Virus record (IMG/VR): IMGVR_UViG_3300027283_000007
Coordinates: 1 to 28,685 of that record
From: a virus
Lineage: Duplodnaviria; Caudoviricetes
Strand: one strand, 5' to 3'
DNA: 28,685 nucleotides
Shown: in pieces, positions 16,310 through 23,845 of the stretch
Position numbering within the stretch: position 1 is the first letter of the stretch
Layout: every line of letters starts with the position of its first letter
The notes under the pieces: model-generated
What the model saw: only the letters and a program-made list of their open reading frames with translations
The model's database searches: none
Told to the model about the DNA's origin: nothing
Position numbers and translations under genes: made by a program

Positions 16310-18328
16310 TTAGTAAGTCAAGTTATTTATCTTTGCAATTCGATTGTTTAAATATAAAGACAATCCGTAGTGCTTATCATGTTTAGATGCTTCTTCATCA
16401 AACTCTTCAAACATCTTCAACATTGCTTCATTTGTGTTTGTTATGTTGTGCCGCTTTGCCACATCCCTAAGAACTGTTTTCACATAAGGCAGAGGCGAAC
16501 CGTTTTTCAAAAATACAACATGATTTACGGCCTTATTAAATTCTTCTGTGGCTTGCTCTGTAGTTCTCATTTTCTTACCCTCATCGGCTTTGTTTGATTC
16601 GGGTTTATTATTGCTCTCTTTCCTTGTTTCTGTCAAATTATTTGATGCTTTAGGGGCAATATCCTTCTTTTCAACATCCTTTGACTTGCTCTTAACCTTA
16701 GAAAACGTCTTGCCATTCAGCTTTCCGCCAGCGCCGCCAATAACCTTGCCTGAGCCATCGATCAACACTCGCTTGCCGGTGCGCTCGCCATTATCCGGAT
16801 CTTCGCCGCCATTGACCGTAATCCAATGCGCGGCATCCATCGCGGCCTCCGCTTCATCGTCGTCGTCAAAATCCGCTTCCCCGGTCAAGCCGTCATACCC
16901 GCTATCGGGATCATTCGCGATGCGCTGCCGTGATTCGTCGGGGCTGATGACACCGCCATCAATCAACGTAACATCGGTATCCGCATTGATCTTCCTGATA
17001 TTGGCTTTCTGCTCATCGCTCATTTCTTCCAGGCTTTCAAAATCGAAGGTGATATCGTCGTCAATTTCCCCGAACTCGGAAAGCTGAATGATATCGATAA
17101 CCTTTTTCAACGGATCTCTTAACAGCGCCTCTTGAGCTGATGCAATGTCGTCGTAGAAAACTTTTATTTCGCCATCACTGGAGGCATTGAGGCCGCTGGG
17201 CGTAATGCCCAGAAACTTAACCAGCGGAATGCTTGACACAGAGCTCATATGTTCCTGTGCTTGGGCCTGCAACTCATGAATGCCAGATAGCGGCGTATTG
17301 AACTGGAAAAACTCCTCAGTATCCTTGTCCAGCAGCATCAAGCCGCGATTATCCCGCAAGTTGTTGAACAGCTGCGCACGGGCGATAAACTGCGCGTCAT
17401 CCATGCCCGACAACACGCCCGACATGTTGGTCATAATGCCGGAGACTGAAAACGAGTGCAGCAGATCGGACACGGAGTCACGCGTACGGGTCCAGTTATT
17501 CACATACGGTTCGGCCATCTGCGTCATTGAAAGACCGCCGAAGTTGTAGGCCGCTTTCAGCAAGTCTGGCACTTCCCGGCTTACGAATGTCAACAAGCGC
17601 GAACTGTGAACCGTTTTACCAAGTACATACCACGCGGACGGACGGTAATAGTTCTGGGCCAGCGGATCGGTAGAATTGTAATCGCTCGGATACGTCCAGA
17701 CCGGCTCAATCACTTTGAAACCGCGTAAAGCACCCTTTTTGATCTTCGCTTTATCAACCAGCAGAACGGTTTTTAGCTCTTCCGGGTCTTCCGACGCCAC
17801 GCCACCATTCGGCGTTTTAACATCGATGTAAATTTGTGCGCGGCCATAGAGACCGTCAAGCTCTATTGCCTTTTTGAACAGGTCCTTAATTTTGTGCTTT
17901 TTTAGGGCGCCTTCAATGGCCTTGATTCTCTCGTCCTTGTCGCCTCCCGTGGACTGTAACTTAATCCATTTACGCGTCATCTCCTTGGCCGGTACTTCGC
18001 TCATTTTCCGGTATTCCGGCAATGTGCCCAGAACGGCTAAATTCTGGTAGCCCTGAAAATGATTGCCGGCATACGCCTGATTCACGTAATCATAGGGCGT
18101 TGAGTCCATAGCCAGCGCCTGCGAGCGCTCATCCGCTGGAATAACGCCTGCCGGTGGCTCATAACGGGTAATGAGTGCTAATTCCTCATCCTGCTCCGGC
18201 AATGTTCTTGCTAATGCCGATAAGCTGATGCCCTTGCGCCGCACTTCAGCCGGAACTGGAGCGCGTACCGTTACCGCCTCGGCTTTCTTGCTCTTGCCGA
18301 AAAGTTTCTGTTTCAAGCGTTTGATCAT
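16310..18328 (-). CDS. Portal protein (DUF1073 family) with a ~175-aa C-terminal extension
   Basis: Follows terL; VHSSRL and KFLGITPSGLNASSDGE motifs. The core ends in an acidic tail near residue 495, after which an unrelated extension begins. Confidence 0.88.
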   Translation of the reverse strand: MIKRLKQKLFGKSKKAEAVTVRAPVPAEVRRKGISLSALARTLPEQDEELALITRYEPPAGVIPADERSQALAMDSTPYDYVNQAYAGNHFQGYQNLAVLGTLPEYRKMSEVPAKEMTRKWIKLQSTGGDKDERIKAIEGALKKHKIKDLFKKAIELDGLYGRAQIYIDVKTPNGGVASEDPEELKTVLLVDKAKIKKGALRGFKVIEPVWTYPSDYNSTDPLAQNYYRPSAWYVLGKTVHSSRLLTFVSREVPDLLKAAYNFGGLSMTQMAEPYVNNWTRTRDSVSDLLHSFSVSGIMTNMSGVLSGMDDAQFIARAQLFNNLRDNRGLMLLDKDTEEFFQFNTPLSGIHELQAQAQEHMSSVSSIPLVKFLGITPSGLNASSDGEIKVFYDDIASAQEALLRDPLKKVIDIIQLSEFGEIDDDITFDFESLEEMSDEQKANIRKINADTDVTLIDGGVISPDESRQRIANDPDSGYDGLTGEADFDDDDEAEAAMDAAHWITVNGGEDPDNGERTGKRVLIDGSGKVIGGAGGKLNGKTFSKVKSKSKDVEKKDIAPKASNNLTETRKESNNKPESNKADEGKKMRTTEQATEEFNKAVNHVVFLKNGSPLPYVKTVLRDVAKRHNITNTNEAMLKMFEEFDEEASKHDKHYGLSLYLNNRIAKINNLTY
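16607..16645 (-). promoter_or_regulatory. Sigma70-type promoter embedded in the portal CDS, with a palindromic operator over the -35
   Basis: TTGACA (16636-16631), 18-nt spacer, AATAAT (16612-16607). Perfect inverted repeat TCAAAT-n-ATTTGA at 16633-16645. GAGGG RBS before the in-frame ATG at 16570. Confidence 0.7.
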
Positions 18329-19752
18329 CGGGCGGTTCGTTTTAGGGTTTCGGCGGAAATCTGTAGAGGTTTAGCCAGCATGGAATCGACGTAAGCCATG
18401 ATGAAACTGTCACCCAAATTGGGTGAATCAATCTCGCGTTTAGCCAGATCCTTCTTGCTCTCGACCTTTACCCGGCCAGCCAGGTCATAATCCCGTTTAG
18501 GCGTGCAGAGCTCGTCTATTAACTGGTCAAGATGCGGCATGGATGAGTCGATAAAGATCATTTCATCATCGCGGAACTGTTGCCCGTTCTTGACTGCGTT
18601 ATAAGTGTTGCGCAATCGGTCAGCCACCAGCCACCACGCTTGAGCCTTGATGTTCGAGAAGAAGTCCTTGTTCTTAATCTCAGTGCCGGGATATTTAGCA
18701 TCGGGCTTATAGACGGCGCCACCGGCAAAAAACTTGTTATGCATGACGCGCTCATGCTGCAAAACACCAATATTCAGCTCATTGAACTTGGCGCCTGATG
18801 TAGCCCCGACGCCGATAGCATCATAGATAATGGATGCTTTACGTTCTCTGGCTGAATGCCATACCCGCGTACAGGACTTAAGCAACTCGTCCTCTTTGGC
18901 TTTCCACAGATCAGCCCAGACAGCAAGGGAGCCATGCGCGTATATCTGAGCGCAAGAATCCTCGCCGGCGTCGGCCACATCGAACCCGATGCGCCTAGAG
19001 CCTGTGACCTCGATGCCGAGCGTTTTATGCGCATCAATCGCGGACATCAAGTGAGAACGCCGAATGATTGCTTCGTCGTCGTCGTCTTTCGGGACGCCCA
19101 GATAAATATGGTTGTACTCATCCTCATCTTCGGCTTTAGCATCTGCAATAACCTTTCGCATTGTAGATGAAAGATAAGGGTTTTCATCGTAATTTATCTT
19201 TCTTGTTATCGCCCCTTCAGGGGGATTTGTTACAAAGCGACGATATACCCAGTCTGTTGAGAATCGCGGATTAAATACGATGAATATCTTTGAGTTCTCG
19301 GCTCGGATTGTTGGCATAATGATTCGCCATTGTTCCTCGCTTAAATCCTCAGCTTCTTCTATCCATAATATTTCTACACCAGCAATACCTTTGATCTCAT
19401 TAAGGTTTCGCTGAATGCCTAAAAAGGTAAAATTCGATCCGGTTCTTTTGTGTACTATTGAGTTTTCAGTTATCTTGAACTCGTCGCGCAATCCTTTTGC
19501 GTCAATGCACTCTTCTATTACTGTCTTGACTGAATCTGATATGCGGTTTTGGAACTGCCTGACGCATAAAAAGTTTATCTTATGCGTGCAGGCAAGGAAT
19601 ACACAGAAACCGGCTGTATGATACGTCTTGCTTGATGCTCTGCCACCGTACAAGACGTAATAACGATGATTTGATTCGTAAAAACCTTTGAGATTAGGAT
19701 TTAATAAAGGGATGCTTTTAACCGGCTTGTAAATATTCCCATTTATATCCAT
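18325..19752 (-). CDS. terL: Terminase large subunit (PBSX family)
   Basis: Walker A YGGRASSKT, Walker B ILWIEEAE, FNP coupling motif, and nuclease motifs GFDVA and SPNLGDS. Confidence 0.95.
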   Translation of the reverse strand: MDINGNIYKPVKSIPLLNPNLKGFYESNHRYYVLYGGRASSKTYHTAGFCVFLACTHKINFLCVRQFQNRISDSVKTVIEECIDAKGLRDEFKITENSIVHKRTGSNFTFLGIQRNLNEIKGIAGVEILWIEEAEDLSEEQWRIIMPTIRAENSKIFIVFNPRFSTDWVYRRFVTNPPEGAITRKINYDENPYLSSTMRKVIADAKAEDEDEYNHIYLGVPKDDDDEAIIRRSHLMSAIDAHKTLGIEVTGSRRIGFDVADAGEDSCAQIYAHGSLAVWADLWKAKEDELLKSCTRVWHSARERKASIIYDAIGVGATSGAKFNELNIGVLQHERVMHNKFFAGGAVYKPDAKYPGTEIKNKDFFSNIKAQAWWLVADRLRNTYNAVKNGQQFRDDEMIFIDSSMPHLDQLIDELCTPKRDYDLAGRVKVESKKDLAKREIDSPNLGDSFIMAYVDSMLAKPLQISAETLKRTAR

Positions 19753-20476
19753 AAGACTTGTTTCTCTTTCCCGTCAGGCAAAACCAAATGCCTGTTCTTG
19801 TCGCCTTACTAGACCCGTTATCCCTTAACCATACTGCGGCATTTTCAATGCTATCAAATACAATACCGTTATCAATGCACTTAACTTCTCTTTTGTTTGG
19901 CTGGCTGTCAGACATTTTTTGTCTTGCTTCGGCGCTTCTCTTCTTGCCTCTGTGCCAATCAGCTACTTTCTTGATTGTTTCAGGGCTTGGCTTTCTTCCT
20001 TTGCGAACAATAGACATTTTTAACCTTGTCTCTGCGCTGGCCTTTGTTCCTCTATGTGATGCAGCCGTTCTTTCAACGGCATCCCTAGGCTGTTTCCTGC
20101 CTCTATTTGCAGCGGCTCTTTTCTGAACTAATTCCAAGGGCTGCTTCTTTCCCTTGTGCGCTCTTCTAATAGCCTCTCTTGTTTCAGGCGAATGTCTGTG
20201 CCCGGTTATGCCATCGCCGCCATTTGTGCGATTGCACAAAACAACCCCTTCCTCTTTAAGAAATTCTATTGTTTCGACTTCAATATCAAATGCTTCTTGC
20301 TCTGTCAGTCCTGAAAACAGTATTTCAATATTAAGGCCATGCTTTTTGTATGTACGATTCCAAAGCTCACTTCTTCCGTGAGTATTAGAGGCTCTTCTAC
20401 CTCTACCTTTGCCGACATAAAAAGGGTAATTGTTGCTAGCCTTCCGATGAAGGTAGACATAAAAATCATTTTTCAT
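19718..20476 (-). CDS. GIY-YIG-like homing endonuclease with NUMOD3 repeats
   Basis: FYVYLH...FYVGKG...R, N.T.GGDG, repeated HSPETREAI/SAETRLKMS/SAEARQKMS units, and a C-terminal NUMOD1-like HTH; overlaps the terL start by 35 nt. Confidence 0.88.
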   Translation of the reverse strand: MKNDFYVYLHRKASNNYPFYVGKGRGRRASNTHGRSELWNRTYKKHGLNIEILFSGLTEQEAFDIEVETIEFLKEEGVVLCNRTNGGDGITGHRHSPETREAIRRAHKGKKQPLELVQKRAAANRGRKQPRDAVERTAASHRGTKASAETRLKMSIVRKGRKPSPETIKKVADWHRGKKRSAEARQKMSDSQPNKREVKCIDNGIVFDSIENAAVWLRDNGSSKATRTGIWFCLTGKRNKSYGYKWEYLQAG

Positions 20477-20576
20477 TTTGAATCCCTGAACATGGGTGAA
20501 CTATTGAGTTGGTGCGGTGCTGGCTGTTCAGTTCCAGACGGGGCAATTACTCCCTCACCGCATGAATATTATAGCA
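20477..20576 (-). promoter_or_regulatory. Extended -10 promoter plus structured RNA leader (copy B) of the GIY-YIG gene
   Basis: TG-C-TATAAT (TATAAT at 20573-20568). Closing stem TGCGGTG/CACCGCA encloses GGGAGT-AATT-GCCCC and CTGG-AACTGAACAG-CCAG. GTTCA and TGTTCAG sites follow before the ATG. Confidence 0.72.
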
Positions 20577-20587
20577 GAACTTGCGTA

Positions 20588-21052
20588 TCAGTTATAGAAG
20601 TCGCTCAGCGTTGGAATGCTAGATTGCGAGTTATTGATCTGAATGGCCGTATCAGGTTGTTTGCCTAATACCGTTTCCTTGCCCTTGATGATGGTATCGG
20701 CACGGGCCTTGAAGTCCTGCTGCCCTTCGCACGGCGCTCTCAACGCTTCTTGAACATTCTGGACAGCAGCATCAGTGAAAAACTGAATGTGTTTTGTTCG
20801 CTCGTCTACCGCTGTTTCAATCGCATTTGCAATGTGAGCAGACTGCTCACGATGAGTCGCTAGCCCTTGCTTGTATTGAACTCCAGCGCTCACAATAGCG
20901 CTCACGTCCTGCTCAACACCTTTTGTATATTTGGCGACCAGTCCTGCGCTAACCTTAAACTTTTTGGCCAGTTCTCGCTGGCTATATTCGCCCGTCCTCC
21001 AGGCCGAAACAATCTTATCAACCGTCTCTTTAGGCGTTGCTTTCCCTGCCAT
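20588..21052 (-). CDS. terS: Probable terminase small subunit
   Basis: N-terminal HTH (YSQRELAKKFKVSAGLV), helical middle, TAIQINN tail; upstream of terL. Confidence 0.75.
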   Translation of the reverse strand: MAGKATPKETVDKIVSAWRTGEYSQRELAKKFKVSAGLVAKYTKGVEQDVSAIVSAGVQYKQGLATHREQSAHIANAIETAVDERTKHIQFFTDAAVQNVQEALRAPCEGQQDFKARADTIIKGKETVLGKQPDTAIQINNSQSSIPTLSDFYN

Positions 21053-21055
21053 AAA

Positions 21056-21325
21056 TCACAACCTCACACCAACAGAATGCGCAATCGCTTTGACAATCGC
21101 TGCCATGTAATCCTGTGCCCATAACCCAATAGCCCCGGCCATCGAAATAACGCCCCATCCACATAACTGACGGCGGATATCTTCCCACCGCTCAGCCTTG
21201 ATTCGCTCTCTGTCAATCCACTGCTTAATAAACTCGTGGTGCTCTGCGTGGACCTCTGTATCAATTCTCGGCCTCTCATCTAAAACTTCATGCAGGAGAC
21301 GGCGAAACTTGTCGTCATCCATCAT
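21056..21325 (-). CDS. Single-TM membrane protein, holin/antiholin-like
   Basis: Charged N-terminus followed by a hydrophobic segment (LCGWGVISMAGAIGLWA). Confidence 0.5.
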   Translation of the reverse strand: MMDDDKFRRLLHEVLDERPRIDTEVHAEHHEFIKQWIDRERIKAERWEDIRRQLCGWGVISMAGAIGLWAQDYMAAIVKAIAHSVGVRL

Positions 21326-21558
21326 TTAGCCGCCTGACTCTTTAACCAAGCCACAGCTAATTCAATGCCCAGATTCAACAGCCATGTTGCCAGATCGAGA
21401 CCAATGCTTCTTGCCTCATCAAAAGCTGCCTGTCTTTTCTGGTCGCCGCTCAGCTCTGAATTGTCAATGTTAGCGACAACGCGCTGAATGCGTTTGAACG
21501 TTAATCCTGATAGCAGGAAAGAGGCGAATTGTTGAATGGCAAATTGTTTAATATTCAC
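21322..21558 (-). CDS. Lysis-cluster protein resembling the LL-H-type holin C-terminal region
   Basis: SGDQKRQAA...LNLGIELAVAWLK pattern. Confidence 0.5.
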   Translation of the reverse strand: MNIKQFAIQQFASFLLSGLTFKRIQRVVANIDNSELSGDQKRQAAFDEARSIGLDLATWLLNLGIELAVAWLKSQAAK

Positions 21559-21754
21559 AGGAGATACCTGGCATGACGTTGTAAAGGTTTAACTGATCGG
21601 GATCTAGATTATCCTCTATCAGCATGACGGCGGGGCGGCATGGGCTATTTATGACGCTTTTTAGGGAGCAGCTTGGCAAGCTTGTCGTCAGGAGAACCCA
21701 TAAGAGCCATGCCGAATAGTGTGATGGCCGCTTGTTGTGTATCCGATAGCTCAA
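21548..21754 (-). CDS. Possible lipoprotein overlapping the holin gene out of frame
   Basis: Basic residues, WLLWVLLTTS and a lipobox-like LPSC. The start is uncertain (TTG 21754, or ATG 21850). Confidence 0.35.
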   Translation of the reverse strand: MSYRIHNKRPSHYSAWLLWVLLTTSLPSCSLKSVINSPCRPAVMLIEDNLDPDQLNLYNVMPGISCEY

Positions 21755-21833
21755 ACCCGAATGCGCTCGCGACAGCAAATGCGCCAATCCATGTAAACGG
21801 CTCTCGAAATCGGTTGAGAAGAAATTGAAACAA
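21645..21833 (-). CDS. Putative holin (62 aa)
   Basis: TTG start after GGAG; LNRFREPFTWIG motif, two short hydrophobic segments and a basic C-tail; first gene after the late terminator. Confidence 0.65.
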   Translation of the reverse strand: MFQFLLNRFREPFTWIGAFAVASAFGFELSDTQQAAITLFGMALMGSPDDKLAKLLPKKRHK

Positions 21834-21850
21834 TGCTTTTCTCCAGGCAT

Positions 21851-21887
21851 AAAAAAACCCCGCTGGAACTGATCAGAACGGGGTTTT
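21851..21887 (-). terminator. tR'-like intrinsic terminator
   Basis: AAAACCCCG...CGGGGTTTT followed by further Ts, about 35 nt downstream of the late promoter -10. Confidence 0.8.
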
Positions 21888-21922
21888 GTTTGATTCTGTA
21901 GGCAAGTGCCTAGTATGCGCTA

Positions 21923-21951
21923 TTTATACCGAATTTATCGCGCATGAGCAA
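21923..21951 (-). promoter_or_regulatory. pR'-like late promoter
   Basis: TTGCTC-N17-TATAAA immediately after the Q-like gene and before a terminator. Confidence 0.7.
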
Positions 21952-21958
21952 GAGTTTT

Positions 21959-22372
21959 TTAAAAGCACTCAGCAATCACGACAAGCTTAGCCTTATGGAC
22001 TATGCGATAAACCCTATCCTTTGACATACCCATTCCAGAGGCTACTTCCCTTTGCGACATGCGCCGAATATAAACCCCTGTTAACGCGGCGAATTCTTCA
22101 ATGCTGACATGTTTCCTGAGCGCCACATGCACCGCATCGGCATAGGGGTTTTCGTCCTCGGCAAACGAGCCGCCCCGCCTGGGCCTCAAACAACTCTTTG
22201 CTCGCAGTTCGCTTAAGCTATTGCCCCGCGACTGGAACTTACCCCAATCCCTGAGCCTTAAGTCAGCCGACACCAGCAGCGCCGGCATATCGCGCCGGTC
22301 TGCAGACATATCAACCGCCATATTCACTCTTGTATTGACTGCACCGCTTGCCATGCTCTCTTGACTTATCAC
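21959..22372 (-). CDS. Q-like late antiterminator (start uncertain, probably near MAVD/MSAD)
   Basis: RLRDWG N-terminal motif and C-terminal HTH (MSQREVASGMGMSKDRVYR); followed by a promoter and terminator. Confidence 0.7.
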   Translation of the reverse strand: MISQESMASGAVNTRVNMAVDMSADRRDMPALLVSADLRLRDWGKFQSRGNSLSELRAKSCLRPRRGGSFAEDENPYADAVHVALRKHVSIEEFAALTGVYIRRMSQREVASGMGMSKDRVYRIVHKAKLVVIAECF

Positions 22373-22484
22373 AGTATTTCACTCCAAATGCCTGCCGCTC
22401 AAAAATGCATCCCTTGCACGTTCTGGATTCCATCCGTTCAACAATCTCTGCCGGGTCTCGATATTGCCAGCGTTCCAGAGGCAT
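22311..22484 (-). CDS. Small Cys-rich (Zn-binding) protein, 57 aa
   Basis: YRDPAEIVE...TCKGC...C...C; the ATG overlaps the endolysin stop. Confidence 0.65.
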   Translation of the reverse strand: MPLERWQYRDPAEIVERMESRTCKGCIFERQAFGVKYCDKSREHGKRCSQYKSEYGG

Positions 22485-23041
22485 TACGCTAAGAACTCCC
22501 TCGCTCTGTTCTCCCATCCATTCAGGAAAACGATTTGACTCGGATCTCGCTTAACGATGTTGCGATAGAATTTAATACGCTCTTCGGTTATCTGCTCAAT
22601 AACAAAATTATCGTCATGAAAATTAGCCAAACCTTTTGCTGATTTGATAGTAACAGGCCCTATAATGCCGTCAATACTGGTTTTTCTCCAGTACCTATCA
22701 ATCACTGCTTGGAATATCTTTATCGCCTGCTTTGGCCCCATATTGACAGCCATATCAAATACGACTGGCTGTAATTCTATCGGTAACTTGTCGATATTTG
22801 GCTTAGCGTAGTAGTTGTGACGATAGATCAATGATGATTCTTTTTTCGTCAGCCTACGAACATCGTCTACGCCTACCGGGCGCCTACGCCAATTTTCTAG
22901 CGTTCTGATTGTAATGCCGTATTTAGTAGGACCGCCCTTATCAGCCGGATGATTTACGAATCCGCCTTCCCTGCGGATTATGTCGCCTATCATTTCGTCA
23001 ACGGTTTTCACATTAACACCTTTTAATTCAAATACTTTCAT
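22484..23041 (-). CDS. Endolysin: glycoside hydrolase family 108 plus a peptidoglycan-binding domain
   Basis: REGGFVNHPADKGGPTKYGIT, FDMAVNMG, DGIIGPVT and FLNGWENR motifs; alternative GTG start at 23011. Confidence 0.92.
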   Translation of the reverse strand: MKVFELKGVNVKTVDEMIGDIIRREGGFVNHPADKGGPTKYGITIRTLENWRRRPVGVDDVRRLTKKESSLIYRHNYYAKPNIDKLPIELQPVVFDMAVNMGPKQAIKIFQAVIDRYWRKTSIDGIIGPVTIKSAKGLANFHDDNFVIEQITEERIKFYRNIVKRDPSQIVFLNGWENRAREFLA

Positions 23042-23168
23042 AACGTAATGTTATCACATAACGTATGATTTTTAAATGAATTGCCACGCTATTTTTGCGC
23101 CTTAAATGCCGTCATCGCGGCAAGATAGAGAACGATTGCAGAACGTGTGACTGACGATATTACGCACT

Positions 23169-23381
23169 TCATTCCGGAAACCTCCCGCTATGCAGATAAT
23201 ACAGGAACTCTCGCTCTTTGACAGCGGTCTCGCATCTTTCAGCGCTTCTTCGATAAGACGCCTCACGATCCCTATTGCATTGCGCTAACGATCTAAAAAA
23301 ATTAATCTCACTTAACTCCTCCTGCCTCGGAGCATTCCATAGGCAAATTGGTGGGAAAACTAAATCAGGCCACTTAATCAT
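23169..23381 (-). CDS. Hypothetical phage protein (70 aa)
   Basis: Starts MIKWPDLVFPPICLW; overlaps the upstream ORF end. Confidence 0.55.
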   Translation of the reverse strand: MIKWPDLVFPPICLWNAPRQEELSEINFFRSLAQCNRDREASYRRSAERCETAVKEREFLYYLHSGRFPE

Positions 23382-23550
23382 TAAATTTATCTCCGTTTGA
23401 AATGTGCTTATCAATGCACTTTCTTAAATCGTTTTCGTTATACGGGCAGATCATATCAAACCTACCGTGATCGCAACCGTCATAACCTGGTGGCTTGTAC
23501 TCTATTACGTTTTCAATTAGCCAGTTGAGTCTGTCTGTGTCGGTTATCAT
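23374..23550 (-). CDS. Hypothetical phage protein (58 aa)
   Basis: MITDTDRLNWL...LRKCID pattern common in phage accessory ORFs; ATGA coupling. Confidence 0.6.
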   Translation of the reverse strand: MITDTDRLNWLIENVIEYKPPGYDGCDHGRFDMICPYNENDLRKCIDKHISNGDKFND

Positions 23551-23666
23551 AATCCCACCTGTGCTTTCCAATTGTGATATGCGATTGAAGGTGTATTTCC
23601 GCACCCCATAACACGACCCAATGAGCAAACCCACCAGCCTCCATGCTTTCTAATCTTCGGCTTCAT
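23547..23666 (-). CDS. Hypothetical phage protein (39 aa)
   Basis: Not in the track: MKPKIRKHGGWWVCSLGRVMGCGNTPSIAYHNWKAQVGL; ATGA-coupled at both ends. Confidence 0.6.
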   Translation of the reverse strand: MKPKIRKHGGWWVCSLGRVMGCGNTPSIAYHNWKAQVGL

Positions 23667-23845
23667 TGATTGAACATCTCATTAAATACCCGAACCCTGG
23701 CATCAAAAATACCTACACCATCGCTCTCATGCCCGCCCACTTTTTCCTTAAATCGCTCAATATCGGATTCAGTCGGCGGGGCCATGTTCATGAATGATAA
23801 TGTCCATCTTAGCCATGCTTCATCATCCATAGCTTCACCAATCAC
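23663..23845 (-). CDS. Hypothetical phage protein
   Basis: Tiles between its neighbours; about 55-60 aa. Confidence 0.5.
   Translation of the reverse strand: MIGEAMDDEAWLRWTLSFMNMAPPTESDIERFKEKVGGHESDGVGIFDARVRVFNEMFNQ

Noticed and set aside
19718-20587. Group I intron or intein hosting the GIY-YIG gene
   Set aside because: terS and terL are each intact, the flanking non-coding DNA is only about 110 nt, and TerL has normal length with no intein motifs.
23089-23172. 27-aa ORF MKCVISSVTRSAIVLYLAAMTAFKAQK upstream of the endolysin
   Set aside because: ATGA coupling is suggestive, but it is too short and featureless to support.
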